Assembly: GCA_963734545.1 (NCBI GenBank)
Contig: CAVTHO010000007.1
Span: 160,001 to 224,000 of the forward strand
DNA: 64,000 bases
Direction: 5' to 3'
DNA from: an uncultured Spirochaetota bacterium
GTDB lineage: Bacteria > Spirochaetota > Spirochaetia > SZUA-6 > Fen-1364
Program-made: the position numbers and the translations under genes
The notes under the pieces: generated by a model
What the model saw: only the letters and a program-made list of their open reading frames with translations
Database searches by the model: none
What the model was told of the DNA's origin: nothing
Part shown: positions 1 through 9,505 of the stretch, piece by piece
Numbering within the stretch: the stretch's first letter is position 1
How the letters are laid out: the number at the start of each line of letters is the position of its first letter

Positions 1-1
1 G

Positions 2-994
2 AGCGCCGGAGGAGTGCTGGCCAGCCTGCGCAGGAGCCGGCATGCCATGGACGAGATCCTCGGAATCGACAGCTCGCTCTCCAAGCTCTCCCACCAGCTC
101 GAGGACGCGTTCTACGAGATCGAGGACTTCTCGGAGAACATACGCCAGTACAAGTCGAGGGCGGACTTCAGCCCCGGCCGGCTGGATGACGTGCAGTCGC
201 GGCTCTCGTCCATCCGCGCGCTGGAGAAGAAGTACGGAGACACGATCGAGGCGGTCCTCGAGTATTGCCGCACCGGTGAACAGGAGCTGGCCGGCATGGA
301 GAACTGGGAACAGGAGAAAAAGAACCTCGAGACGGACATCGCCCGGACGGAGAAAGAGATTGCGGAGGTGGCCCGCGAGCTCTCCGAAAAACGCAAGGCG
401 GCGAGCCAGGTTCTCCAGAAGAAGATAGAGCAGGAGCTTCGCGAGCTGGGCATGCCCAAGGTGAGCTTCCGCGTGCTGATCGCGGACGCGGCCCGGGCGG
501 ACGGCGTGGCCGTGCTGACTCCCTGGGGAAGGGACTCGATCGAGTTCGTCATCTCTCCCAATCTGGGGGAACCCTTCAAACGGCTGCGCTCAATCGCATC
601 CGGCGGAGAGCTGTCACGCGTCATGCTCGCCATCAAGGGAGTCCTTGCGGAATCCGACCACGTGAGCACGCTGATCTTCGACGAGGTGGACGCGGGTATC
701 GGCGGCGAGGTGGCCCTGTCCGTCGGGCAGCGTCTTTCGGCCATTTCCCGGCACAAGCAGGTGCTTTCCATTACACATCTCGCCACCATCGCCGTTCGCG
801 CCGATAATCATCTCAAGATCGAGAAGGTGACGCAGGGGGGGCGCACGGTGACAAAGGTGGAGAGAGTCACGGGCTCCACGCGGCGGGAAGAGATCGCGCG
901 GATGCTGGCGGGGGACAGGAAAGGGGAGCTTTCACTCCAGCACGCGGGTGAGCTCCTTTCGAAATATGGACCTGAAAAGGACAAGGGCGGATGA
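2..994 (+). CDS. recN: DNA repair protein RecN, C-terminal part (5' truncated by the window edge)
   Basis: Coiled coil followed by IASGGELSRVMLAIK, LIFDEVDAGIGG (Walker B) and QVLSITHLATIA, typical RecN C-terminal motifs. Confidence 0.96.
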   Translation, partial: SAGGVLASLRRSRHAMDEILGIDSSLSKLSHQLEDAFYEIEDFSENIRQYKSRADFSPGRLDDVQSRLSSIRALEKKYGDTIEAVLEYCRTGEQELAGMENWEQEKKNLETDIARTEKEIAEVARELSEKRKAASQVLQKKIEQELRELGMPKVSFRVLIADAARADGVAVLTPWGRDSIEFVISPNLGEPFKRLRSIASGGELSRVMLAIKGVLAESDHVSTLIFDEVDAGIGGEVALSVGQRLSAISRHKQVLSITHLATIAVRADNHLKIEKVTQGGRTVTKVERVTGSTRREEIARMLAGDRKGELSLQHAGELLSKYGPEKDKGG

Positions 995-1800
995 GGAAAC
1001 CCAGCGACGAAGCCAGGCACCGGTATACCGAATACATCAAGGACTACAAGAACAACATCGAATCGGTATTGGAGAAGGAAAGGAAGATCAAGGAACAGAT
1101 CGCCAAGACGCCCGAAGGAGCTAATTATCAGAAGCTCGCCCTTGCGGACGACAACCTCAATATCGTCGCCAACTACCTCCTGATGAGCTCCCTCTCCACG
1201 TCGTTCCTGGGCGTCAAGAACGAGCTGTACCTCAGCGAAGCCCGCAAGTGCATCTACAAGGCCCTCGTCTACCTCGAGGAGATCGTTTCCGCGGTGATCG
1301 ACGCGCCGTTTTCAGAATACGAGGCGGGGCTGGAGACCATCTCCACATTTTCCGACGAGAACCGCTACAACCTCGTGCGCAAGCTCGGATTCACAATCGA
1401 CTCCCTGGAAGAGGGGTACGGCGAGAACTCCAAGTGGAAGTGGTCTTTCGTGGAGCTGGAAGGCAGGTTTGCCGCCGTGACGAAGAACCTGCTGAACCTG
1501 AAGACGTTCGTCGGCAGCATGGACCCCCGCTCGGAAGGATACGACGCGCGGATGTCGCACCTCAGCCTTGCCAAGGAGCTTCTCCAGCAGGCGGCGGACC
1601 GGTACCGGGAGAAGTACGAGCTCTCCACTTTACGCATCGACGACATCAAGGTGGGCATCAATTTCCTGACCGCGGTGAGAAGGCTGCACATCGTGCTCGG
1701 TGAAGCCGACCACGCCGACGTGGTGAAGAAGAAGGCGGAAATCTGGCGCACCAAGATGGAGAATGACCTCAAGAAATCAGAGGAGTCGGCAAAGCGATAG
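991..1800 (+). CDS. Hypothetical all-helical protein downstream of recN
   Basis: 269-aa ORF with coding-like codon usage; ATGA overlap with the recN stop; no recognised motif. Confidence 0.8.
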   Translation: MRKPSDEARHRYTEYIKDYKNNIESVLEKERKIKEQIAKTPEGANYQKLALADDNLNIVANYLLMSSLSTSFLGVKNELYLSEARKCIYKALVYLEEIVSAVIDAPFSEYEAGLETISTFSDENRYNLVRKLGFTIDSLEEGYGENSKWKWSFVELEGRFAAVTKNLLNLKTFVGSMDPRSEGYDARMSHLSLAKELLQQAADRYREKYELSTLRIDDIKVGINFLTAVRRLHIVLGEADHADVVKKKAEIWRTKMENDLKKSEESAKR

Positions 1801-1826
1801 CGCGCCGCCCGGCGGATTCTGCCCTG

Positions 1827-2340
1827 TCAGTGCGTGGGCGCCGGGCCTTTCTCTCCTGTCGTGTCCTTCAGCCCATGCAGAGAATCCCTGGGGATCAGCT
1901 CGCCGATCGTGGTCGTCAGGTACTTTCCGTCCCTGCCCGCATAGTACACGGGCGTCTCCGGCGGGCAGAACTCGCTGAGCGCCTGCCGGCATGCGCCGCA
2001 GGGAGAGACCGGCGCGTCGGCGGCAGGGCAGAATACCGCGACCGCGCGGAAGCTCGTCTTGCCCTGTGAGACGGCGGCGAAGAGCGCGCTTCTCTCCGCG
2101 CAATTGCTGAGACCGAACGACCTGTTCTCCACGTTCGCGCCCGTCACGATGCTTCCATCCGCGCACAGGAGCGCGGCGCCGACGGGGAACCGCGAGTAGG
2201 GCGAGTAGGTGAAGCGTGCCGCGTCACGCGCCCTGCCGATCAGCTCACTCTGCAGAGGGATTCTGCGCTGACGTACTCGGCGGATTCTGCGCTGACGTAC
2301 TCGGCGGATTCTGCGCCGATGTATCCGGCGGATTCTGCAT
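1827..2340 (-). CDS. cdd: Cytidine deaminase with an N-terminal repeat extension; one frameshift near 2258
   Basis: YSPYSRFPVGAALL, GANVEN, CAERSA and SPCGACRQ zinc motifs; ATG at 2340 follows SD AGGGAGGTG; removing one G at 2257-2259 joins MQNPPDTSA... to ...NPLQSELIGRA. Confidence 0.88.
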
Positions 2341-2344
2341 TGAC
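2258..2344. repeat. 24-bp hairpin repeat family A, 3.5 tandem units (GGATTCTGCGCTGACGTACTCGGC)
   Basis: Units at 2258, 2282, 2306 and a partial unit at 2330; encode QNPP(S/D)TSA in cdd. Confidence 0.95.
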
Positions 2345-2366
2345 AGACACCTCCCTGGCGACTACC

Positions 2367-3505
2367 ATGGCGCGAGCCGAAGGAACGACGATATTGGCAT
2401 TTTCCGTCAAAAAGAAACGACCAGCGCGCGTCTTCTTCGTCGCACTCATCGTCATCGTACTGTATTTCGTCCTCTTTCCCTATCCCCTGGGACGCGAGAT
2501 CGTTGCGAAGCCCGTCTGGTCAGTGACCTTACCGGATCCTTCGGCGCCGAATCCGCCGAGTACGTCGGCGCAGGCGCCTGACGGCGCAAAGACGACTGCC
2601 GCGCCCTTTCAGCTCGGTGACCTTTTCGGCTATGTCGGCGGCAGACGGGGGTATCCTGCATGCGGAGAAGGCGCTCTTCCGGGTGGCGCTTTCCGAGGCG
2701 GGATTCGTGAACTACACCCGGCTGGGAACGAACTGGATTCTCCAGAATACGCGGGGCGCGCGCGTCTTCCGCTTTTCAGGCTTTGGCTATCCCCTTCTGA
2801 GCAGGGACGGCAGAAGGATATTCATCCTCAAAGCCGATCTGAGCGGCATCATCGAGCTCGACCGGGCAGGTGATATGCTGTGGAGCAGGGATTTTTCCGC
2901 GCTCCTGACCAGCGTGTCCGTGCCGGGGGACTCTCTGCTGGTCGGTCTGCTGAACGGAACTCTTCTCCTTTTGGACGAGCCGGGGATCACCGGTGTACGA
3001 ACAGGTGATGGGGGGGAGCCGTCTCCCCGTGATACTCGGTGCCGCGGTCTCGACGGACGGCTCGCTCATGGCTTCGGTCTCCGGCATCGCTCCTCAATTC
3101 CTGACCGTGCTGCGCCGGCAGGGCTCGGGCTACGGGGAGATCGCGAAGGAGGTTCTTGCGTCGGATTTCCGCCGCGAAGCGCGGGTGAGTTTTTCCCCCG
3201 ACTCGCGCTACCTGCTCGTCGAGGGCGAGCGAGCCGCGGGAGTTTTCGATCCCGCTGCCCCGCGGCTCGCCTGGCTGCCCCTGCCGGGGGGCCTTGCGGA
3301 GGTGGCCTTCCCGGGCGGCGGCCGGTTCACCGCCGTGGCTGCGCACAGCGGCACGCTCGTGCAGCTCCGAGTCGTTCGTCCCTTCACTTCCCCGATCATC
3401 GACGCGACCTTCTCCGCGCAGCAGCTCTTTCTCGGGACCGTCGAAGGGGATCTCCTCCTGGGAATGGATGGCCGGCTGCTCAGGATAGGGATGGTGGAGC
3501 TCTGA
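2367..3505 (+). CDS. Membrane-anchored periplasmic protein, probably beta-propeller-like; frameshifts near 2640 and 2980
   Basis: Basic N-terminus plus TM helix (VFFVALIVIVLYFVLF); three consecutive ORF pieces with beta-strand repeats (AVSTDGSLMA, SFSPDSRYLL) join into one gene. Confidence 0.7.
2547..2573. repeat. Family A single unit, inverted relative to 2258-2344
   Basis: CCGAATCCGCCGAGTACGTCGGCGCAG encodes PNPPSTSAQ. Confidence 0.85.
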
Positions 3506-4385
3506 TGAGGATGAGGCGGCTCCGTCGGTTGCTCTTTCCGCGGCTCTCCTGCTCCCGATCCTGCCGCTTGGCGCGCTTGACTGGCCCGTGAAGGACAGGA
3601 TTCTCACCGGCACCTTCGGTGAGGACCGGGGCGACCATTTCCACCTCGGGATAGACATCGGCGGCGGTGAGCAGGAAGTACGCCCTGTGCTCGGCGGCGA
3701 GCTCCTGTTCCGCTACGACGAGGGAGACAGCTATACCTCCGTTCCGCGGGGTGTGGGCAGTTTCGTGGTGCTGCACCACAGCCAGGACATCCTCTCCTTC
3801 TACTTCCACCTCGCCAACGGAAGCCTCGGTCCCGTCCGCACGGCCTACTCGCCCTCGGACAGGATCGGAATTATCGGAGACTCGGGACACTCGGAGGGAA
3901 AACACCTGCATTTTTCCGTGTATGACGAGGAGACCGGCTCCTGGATCAACCCCCTCTCGATCCTTCCCCCCATACCCGATGCCCAGCCGCCGGTGATAAA
4001 ACGGGTCCTGCTTTCTGTCGGGGACCAGATCCAGCCGCTGGCAAACGGCGTGACGGTACGGCCGGGGCACGGGGAAATTCTCGCGGAGGTGTACGATCTT
4101 CGCGAAGACGTGAAATTTCATTGGCCCCTCGCGCCGTACAGCGTGAGGTTCAGCCTCGACGGCAAGGAAGTGGCGAGGATCCTCTTCGACTCCCTCCAGG
4201 CGCGTGCGGGCCGCATGGTCGTCGGCGCAGCCGGCCTTACCAGGGAGAACGTGTACCGAGGGGAAGGCCTGCTGCGCTGCGGGACCGTGGAGCTGCGCGC
4301 CGGCGAATCTCGGCTGCACCTTGCCGTCCGTGATTTCGCCGGCAACGAAGCGGTGCGGGACATACCGTTCACCGTGGCCGAATAA
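3505..4385 (+). CDS. M23 family peptidase with signal peptide; probable frameshift near 3525
   Basis: HFHLGIDI (HxxxD) and GKHLHFSV (HxH) motifs; signal-like ALLLPILPLGALDWP lies in frame upstream of the 3588 ORF. Confidence 0.85.
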
Positions 4386-4395
4386 GGAGGCGCAC

Positions 4396-5239
4396 ATGCC
4401 GAAGACCTACTCCTCGGCACCGGGCGCGGAGCGCCAGGAGACCATTCCGTGTCCCGGCTGCGGCGGCTCCCGCGCGACACGGATGCTGGCCTGTGACGGA
4501 TTCGCATTCGTGCGCTGCGGCGGCTGTTCTCTGGTCTACCAGAACCCGCGACCGGTTTTCGAAGACGTGCGCAAGCGGTACGCAGGGCAGTACTTCGCCT
4601 ATGAGCTGGAGAATGAACGCAACTTTTTCGGCCTGATGCGGCTGGGGCTCGGCGATATCGGGTTCGAAACCCTTGCGCGAAGCCTTCCCGCGCCGCGCTC
4701 ATTCCTCGATATCGGCTGCGCCACGGGAATGCTCATCGAATCGATGAAGGGGGAGGGATGGGACGCGAGCGGGGTGGATGTGTGTCGAGAGTCGGCCGAG
4801 TACGGAATGGCCCATCGGGGAGTCACCATCTTCGTCGGCACCCTCGAGGAGGCGGAATTCCCTGCTGAATCCTTTTCCGTCGTTCATTTCTCTCACCTCA
4901 TAGAGCACGTCCCCGATCCACGGGCGTTCCTGGGTGAAGTCAGGCGGATACTGAAGCCGCAGGGGTACGCGATCATCACCACTCCCAACGTGGACGGCTT
5001 CCAGGCGCGGCTTTTCGGCAGCGGGTGGAGGTCCGCAATTGCCGACCATCTGACCCTGTTTTCCAAGCGTACACTTGGAAAAATGATACTCTGAATCTGG
5101 CTTCGAAATTCGGCAAACCGTCACCTGGGGGGGGCTCGCGGTGGGAACAGCGCCGGGTTTTGTCAAGAAACCAATTGACTGGCTTTCAAAGAAGTGCGGA
5201 TTTGGCGATGTTGTTCTTTTCTTAGCGGCGAAACGTTGA
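4396..5239 (+). CDS. Class I SAM-dependent methyltransferase with N-terminal CxxC/CxxC zinc ribbon; frameshift near 5091
   Basis: SD AAGGAGG before ATG 4396; LDIGCATG motif I, HLIEHVPDP, TTPN; sensible C-terminus continues in another frame to TGA 5237-5239. Confidence 0.85.
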
Positions 5240-5250
5240 GCTGCGACCCT

Positions 5251-5556
5251 TTATTTCTCTACGGAGATCAGTGTATCGAACTTTATCATCTGAAAGGTCT
5301 TGAAAAGCGTTTCGCTGCATCCGCGGATCTGCAGCGTCCGTTCTCTTTCCGCGAGCTGCTTTCGAAACAACAGTATTTTGCCAAGTGCCGATGAGTTTAT
5401 GCTCGGCGTCTTGGAGAGATCGAGTGTTATCCTGCTCCAGTTCCCCGCGGAGAGCTCTTCGACCTTTTTCTGGAACTCATTCGTGGTCTCGCCGGTCAAG
5501 GAGCCGATTACCGAAAGGACCACCTCGTCTTTGGAGACACTCTTCTGGTCAAACAT
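5251..5556 (-). CDS. STAS domain protein (anti-sigma factor antagonist-like)
   Basis: LDLSKTPSINSSALGKIL matches the STAS D(S)SG(L)G region; 101 aa. Confidence 0.85.
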   Translation of the reverse strand: MFDQKSVSKDEVVLSVIGSLTGETTNEFQKKVEELSAGNWSRITLDLSKTPSINSSALGKILLFRKQLAERERTLQIRGCSETLFKTFQMIKFDTLISVEK

Positions 5557-5559
5557 GGC

Positions 5560-5808
5560 TCATTCCCCTCTTCTCATCGCGCTCTCCAGCTCGGGCCGGG
5601 TGACAAGCTCCAGGTGGTAGCTGACCTGATCGGAATGCCGTTCCGCCTGGGTTGAAACCTTCCACACGCGATACACGATCATTTTCGCACTCGGCAGTGG
5701 GAGGGCGAGCGGATTGCCGTTCAAGTCCACGAGCTGGTTCACCCGGAGCTCGTGCTCGATCTCCCTGCTGTCTCCTTCCGGATAGACGATAAAGATCGTT
5801 CGCTCCAC
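5560..5808 (-). CDS. Small hypothetical protein
   Basis: 82 aa, GTG start, tightly coupled to the STAS gene (SD inside its 3' end). Confidence 0.7.
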   Translation of the reverse strand: MERTIFIVYPEGDSREIEHELRVNQLVDLNGNPLALPLPSAKMIVYRVWKVSTQAERHSDQVSYHLELVTRPELESAMRRGE

Positions 5809-5867
5809 CTACCGGCATTCTATCCACGTTGCGGTGAGATATCAATCCCGGCTCGCGGCCGGGAACG

Positions 5868-6149
5868 CTATTCGGCATCTTCGAGGAGGGAAAAGGGCAT
5901 TACTTTTCCTGTAGCATTATCCGGCAGCTCCTCGATCAGGACGACGGTCTGGAACGGGATCATCAGGTGATCGGCCCTCCCGAAGGTCTTTCGAGTCTCC
6001 TCTTCCCCGGGGTTGATCACGAGCTTCTGTTCGGTCGAGAAGACGAGGTTCTTTATCGAGACAAAGTAGGGGTGGGTGAGGTCGAGGCTCCTCGCCATCA
6101 ACTCCACTTCCTTTTCTTTCCATTTGAAGTGAACACGATAAAGGGACAC
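5868..6149 (-). CDS. DUF1820-like protein
   Basis: LYRVHF...LVINPGEE...LMIPFQTVVLIEE pattern recalls DUF1820. Confidence 0.7.
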   Translation of the reverse strand: MSLYRVHFKWKEKEVELMARSLDLTHPYFVSIKNLVFSTEQKLVINPGEEETRKTFGRADHLMIPFQTVVLIEELPDNATGKVMPFSLLEDAE

Positions 6150-6169
6150 GCCGCTGTACTCCGGCGGAG

Positions 6170-6199
6170 ATGATATCGCAGCGAGGGCATGCGTGTCAA
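6170..6199 (-). promoter_or_regulatory. Putative sigma70 promoter for the DUF1820-STAS operon
   Basis: Minus strand TTGACA-N18-TATCAT. Confidence 0.5.
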
Positions 6200-6279
6200 T
6201 TTTCAGGATCTACTACACATAAGTTACATAGTTCCGATAATTATGCTGCTTTTTTGCACTTTTTCCGTACTGAGCACTG

Positions 6280-6307
6280 TTGACATCTCGTGTTTCAGAG
6301 GTATTAT
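6280..6307 (+). promoter_or_regulatory. Putative sigma70 promoter of the dcw operon
   Basis: TTGACA (6280-6285)-N16-TATTAT (6302-6307). Confidence 0.6.
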
Positions 6308-6319
6308 CTGCACCAGGAG

Positions 6320-6354
6320 GTGGGAAAAAGTGGGGGAGATTAGGAAAAAGTGGT
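6320..6354 (+). promoter_or_regulatory. MraZ-binding direct repeats
   Basis: GTGGG, GTGGG, TTAGG, GTGGT at exact 10-nt spacing just upstream of mraZ, matching the known MraZ operator architecture. Confidence 0.8.
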
Positions 6355-6364
6355 GAAGTGAACC

Positions 6365-6805
6365 ATGATAACAGGAGAATTCCGTTGTTCATTGGATGAG
6401 AAGGGCAGACTGCTCATTCCGGCGAGAATGAGGACAGAAGTCGCCGGAAATGAGGTTATCCTCACCCGGGGCGTGGAAAACTGCCTCTGGCTCTTCCCTC
6501 CTGAAGAATGGAAGATATTCTCTGAAAACCTCATCGGTTCAACGTCGCTCTTCCAGGAAAAAGCAAGACTGATCCAGCGCCGCATGATCGCTCCCGCCCA
6601 GGAGACGGAGATCGACAAGGCGGGCAGAATCGTCATTCCCCAGACTCTGAGAGAATACGCGGACCTCAGGAAGGAATGCCTGATCCTGGGGCTGAAGAAG
6701 TACATGGAGATCTGGTCCGAGGCCTCCTACCAGGACTACCTGTCGGAGAACGAGGCGAAGTTCAAGGAAGCGGCCGAAGAGCTCGGGGGGAGGATCACCC
6801 TTTGA
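6365..6805 (+). CDS. mraZ: Transcriptional regulator MraZ
   Basis: LDEKGRLLIP and IDKAGRIVIP repeats; first gene of the dcw cluster. Confidence 0.96.
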   Translation: MITGEFRCSLDEKGRLLIPARMRTEVAGNEVILTRGVENCLWLFPPEEWKIFSENLIGSTSLFQEKARLIQRRMIAPAQETEIDKAGRIVIPQTLREYADLRKECLILGLKKYMEIWSEASYQDYLSENEAKFKEAAEELGGRITL

Positions 6806-7782
6806 TTTTTCACCAGCCGGTGCTTGCGCAGTCGGTCCTCGCGCTTCTCGTGCCGCCCTCCGATGCCGGGCTGATCATCGATGCCACGCTGGGTGAAGGA
6901 GGGCACGCGGAGGCGTTCCTGTCGAAGTATCCCGGCCTGTTTCTCATCGGCATTGATGCGGATGGCTCGATCCTGCAGGCGGCGCAGGCCAGGCTTTCAC
7001 CGTTCACCGACCGGATCCGGCTGGTCAACGTCTGGTTTGCGGACTTCCTGGCGCGCTACGCGGAGGAAAAGAGTCCGGACCTCATCCTGATGGACCTGGG
7101 GGTTTCCCGCTACCATTACGAGGGAAGCGCCCGCGGCTTCTCATTCGACAGGGACGAGGACCTGGACATGCGGCTGGGCAGCGATCTCACCACGACGGCG
7201 GCAGACATCGTCAACTCGGCGGACGGAGCGGAGATCGCTGATATCCTGTTCCGCTATGGCGAAGAGAAGTTCGCCCGTCTCATCGCCTCCCGCATCGTCA
7301 GGGAGCGCGCCGAAGCGCCCATCACGCGCGCGAGGCGTCTGGCGAATCTCGTGGCCGCCGCGGTGCCTGACCGCTATCGGCACAGGCGGATCCATCCTGC
7401 CACCCGCACTTTCCAGGCCCTGCGGATCGCGGTGAACCGCGAGCTCGAGCAGCTGGAAACAGGTCTCAAGGAAGCGTTGAGGGTCCTGAAGCCCGGCGGC
7501 AGGATCGGCGTCATCACTTTCCACTCGCTGGAGGACCGGATCGTCAAGCGGTTCTTCCGGGACAAGAGCAAGGAGTGTACGTGCCCACCGGAATGGCCGA
7601 TCTGTCAATGTGGGGGAAAAGCGGAGCTGCGCCTCGTCACCGGCAAGCCCGTCACCGCCTCCGAGGAGGAGGTCTCCCACAACCCGGCGAGCCGCAGCGC
7701 CAAGCTGAGGGTGGCGGAGAAGCCCCTTCTGCAGGGAGCGGCCGCTCCCGTACGCGCGAGACGCGGGAAGGGGGACAAATGA
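6802..7782 (+). CDS. rsmH: 16S rRNA C1402 methyltransferase RsmH
   Basis: HQPVL, DATLGEGGHA, DLGVS, LDMR, HPATRTFQALRIAVN, FHSLEDRIVK, SRSAKLR; TTG start overlapping the mraZ stop. Confidence 0.96.
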   Translation: MIFHQPVLAQSVLALLVPPSDAGLIIDATLGEGGHAEAFLSKYPGLFLIGIDADGSILQAAQARLSPFTDRIRLVNVWFADFLARYAEEKSPDLILMDLGVSRYHYEGSARGFSFDRDEDLDMRLGSDLTTTAADIVNSADGAEIADILFRYGEEKFARLIASRIVRERAEAPITRARRLANLVAAAVPDRYRHRRIHPATRTFQALRIAVNRELEQLETGLKEALRVLKPGGRIGVITFHSLEDRIVKRFFRDKSKECTCPPEWPICQCGGKAELRLVTGKPVTASEEEVSHNPASRSAKLRVAEKPLLQGAAAPVRARRGKGDK

Positions 7783-8072
7783 GAAGAATCATGTGGGCGC
7801 TGCTCTGCCTGGCGATCCCCGGGCTCCTCTTTCTGAACGCATGGCAGGGCTTCCGGTACAATGACCTCACGGATCGGGTCGGAGCGCTGGAAAAGCAGCA
7901 GAAAGACCTGCTGGAAAAAAACAGGGACACGATCGCCCAGATCGCATATGAGACCTCCCCGGAACGGGTGGGGCAGAAGGCAGCCCGGATCGAGGGGCTG
8001 ATACCCCTGGACCAGTCCGCCATCACGCGCCTCCGGGCGGATGCGGCTGCACAGGGAGGACCGGCGCAGTGA
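7779..8072 (+). CDS. ftsL: Cell division protein FtsL-like
   Basis: TM helix, coiled coil and SPERV motif; position after rsmH. Confidence 0.75.
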   Translation: MRRIMWALLCLAIPGLLFLNAWQGFRYNDLTDRVGALEKQQKDLLEKNRDTIAQIAYETSPERVGQKAARIEGLIPLDQSAITRLRADAAAQGGPAQ

Positions 8073-9505
8073 TGGCAATCGGCACCAGGCTGTTTTCCTT
8101 TGCCGACGTCCTCCGCGCCACCGGCGGGCGGGTCGTCGTCGAGGCCCGTGACCCGGAGGGAATTTCCTCCGTGGTCACCGATTCGCGCGCGAGCGGGGAG
8201 GGCTCCCTCTTTGTCGCCCTGCGCGGTGAAAGGACCGACGGCCATGAGTTTCTCGAGCAGGTCGCGCGCGCGGGCGGCGCGGCGCTTCTCGTCTCCGCGG
8301 AGCAGGCCGCCCGCCGCCGGGACGAGCTCGCCGCCCTGCACGCCGCTCATGGCGTGGGAGCGATCGCGGTCGAGGATACCCTTGCCGGTCTGCAGGACCT
8401 TGCCCGGTTCCACATGCGCCGGCTCCAATCGGTGACACGAATCGGGATTACCGGCTCCAACGGCAAGACCACCACGAAGGAGATCATCGGGCTCATTCTC
8501 TCCCGCTCCGCGGCGACTGCGAAGAACGAGGGGAACCTGAACTCGGAGATCGGCCTGCCGCTTTCATGCTTCACGGTGGAGCAGAAGCACAGGTACGCCG
8601 TGTTCGAGATGGGCATGAACCACCGGGGAGAGATGGGGGTGCTCGCCGATATCGCACGTCCCGACCTCGCGCTGGTGACCAATATCGGCACCGCGCACGT
8701 CGGAATTCTGGGATCGCAGGACGAGATAGCAAAAGAGAAGAAGAAGATCTTCGCCCATTTCGACGGCCGCCAGGTCGGCCTGTTGCCCGAGGACGAACGC
8801 TACAGGGAGTTCCTTGCCGAGGGCGTGAAGGGCAGGATCGTCCTCTTCGGACCGAAGAGCACACCGGGCTACGGGGGAAGCGAAAGCTTGGGACTGGGTG
8901 GAACGCTCATCCACTGGGAGGGGTTCCGGGTCCGCTTCCCGCTCTTCGGTCCGTACAATCTCGCCAACGCGCTCGGAGCGGTCTCCGTCGCGCGCGAGCT
9001 GGGCGTCCCGAACGCGGAGATACGTGACGGGCTCGAGGCCGTCACTCCGCTGTTCGGGCGGTCCCAGATCGTCACGGGACCTGTCACCGTGATCGTCGAT
9101 TGTTACAATGCAAACCCCGATTCCATGGCCAGCGCACTCTCCTTCGTCGAAGCGCTGCCCTGGAAAGGGAAGAAAATCGCGGTGCTGGGAGGGATGCGGG
9201 AGCTCGGAGACTCGTCCACGGCCGCGCACAGCGCGCTCGGCTGGCGGCTGCGTCAGACCGGGCTCGATACGGTCTTCCTGTTCGGTGAAGAGATGGAACA
9301 TGCGTGGAAGGCCATCGCGGGCTCTCCGGCCGAGCGGCGCGGGCGCTGGACGGTCGATCTTGCTTCGCTGGACGCCCAGCTGAATCGGCTCGTGGCGCCG
9401 GGGGACCTCGTATTGCTGAAGGGTTCACGCGGGCTGGAGCTGGAAAGGCTCCTTCCCCGTCTCACCGGTCGAGGATCCGTCGACCAGGGGGAAACAAGGT
9501 GCTGA
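8069..9505 (+). CDS. murF: UDP-MurNAc-tripeptide--D-Ala-D-Ala ligase
   Basis: GITGSNGKTTTKE, EMGMNHRGE, DCYNANPDSM, LLKGSRG. Confidence 0.96.
   Translation: MMAIGTRLFSFADVLRATGGRVVVEARDPEGISSVVTDSRASGEGSLFVALRGERTDGHEFLEQVARAGGAALLVSAEQAARRRDELAALHAAHGVGAIAVEDTLAGLQDLARFHMRRLQSVTRIGITGSNGKTTTKEIIGLILSRSAATAKNEGNLNSEIGLPLSCFTVEQKHRYAVFEMGMNHRGEMGVLADIARPDLALVTNIGTAHVGILGSQDEIAKEKKKIFAHFDGRQVGLLPEDERYREFLAEGVKGRIVLFGPKSTPGYGGSESLGLGGTLIHWEGFRVRFPLFGPYNLANALGAVSVARELGVPNAEIRDGLEAVTPLFGRSQIVTGPVTVIVDCYNANPDSMASALSFVEALPWKGKKIAVLGGMRELGDSSTAAHSALGWRLRQTGLDTVFLFGEEMEHAWKAIAGSPAERRGRWTVDLASLDAQLNRLVAPGDLVLLKGSRGLELERLLPRLTGRGSVDQGETRC

Noticed and set aside
6212-6250. dif-like half sites (ACTACACATAA, AGTTCCGATAA-TTATG) in the AT-rich gap before mraZ
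   Set aside because: The arms are not arranged as inverted 11-bp sites around a 6-bp spacer; better explained as divergent promoter DNA
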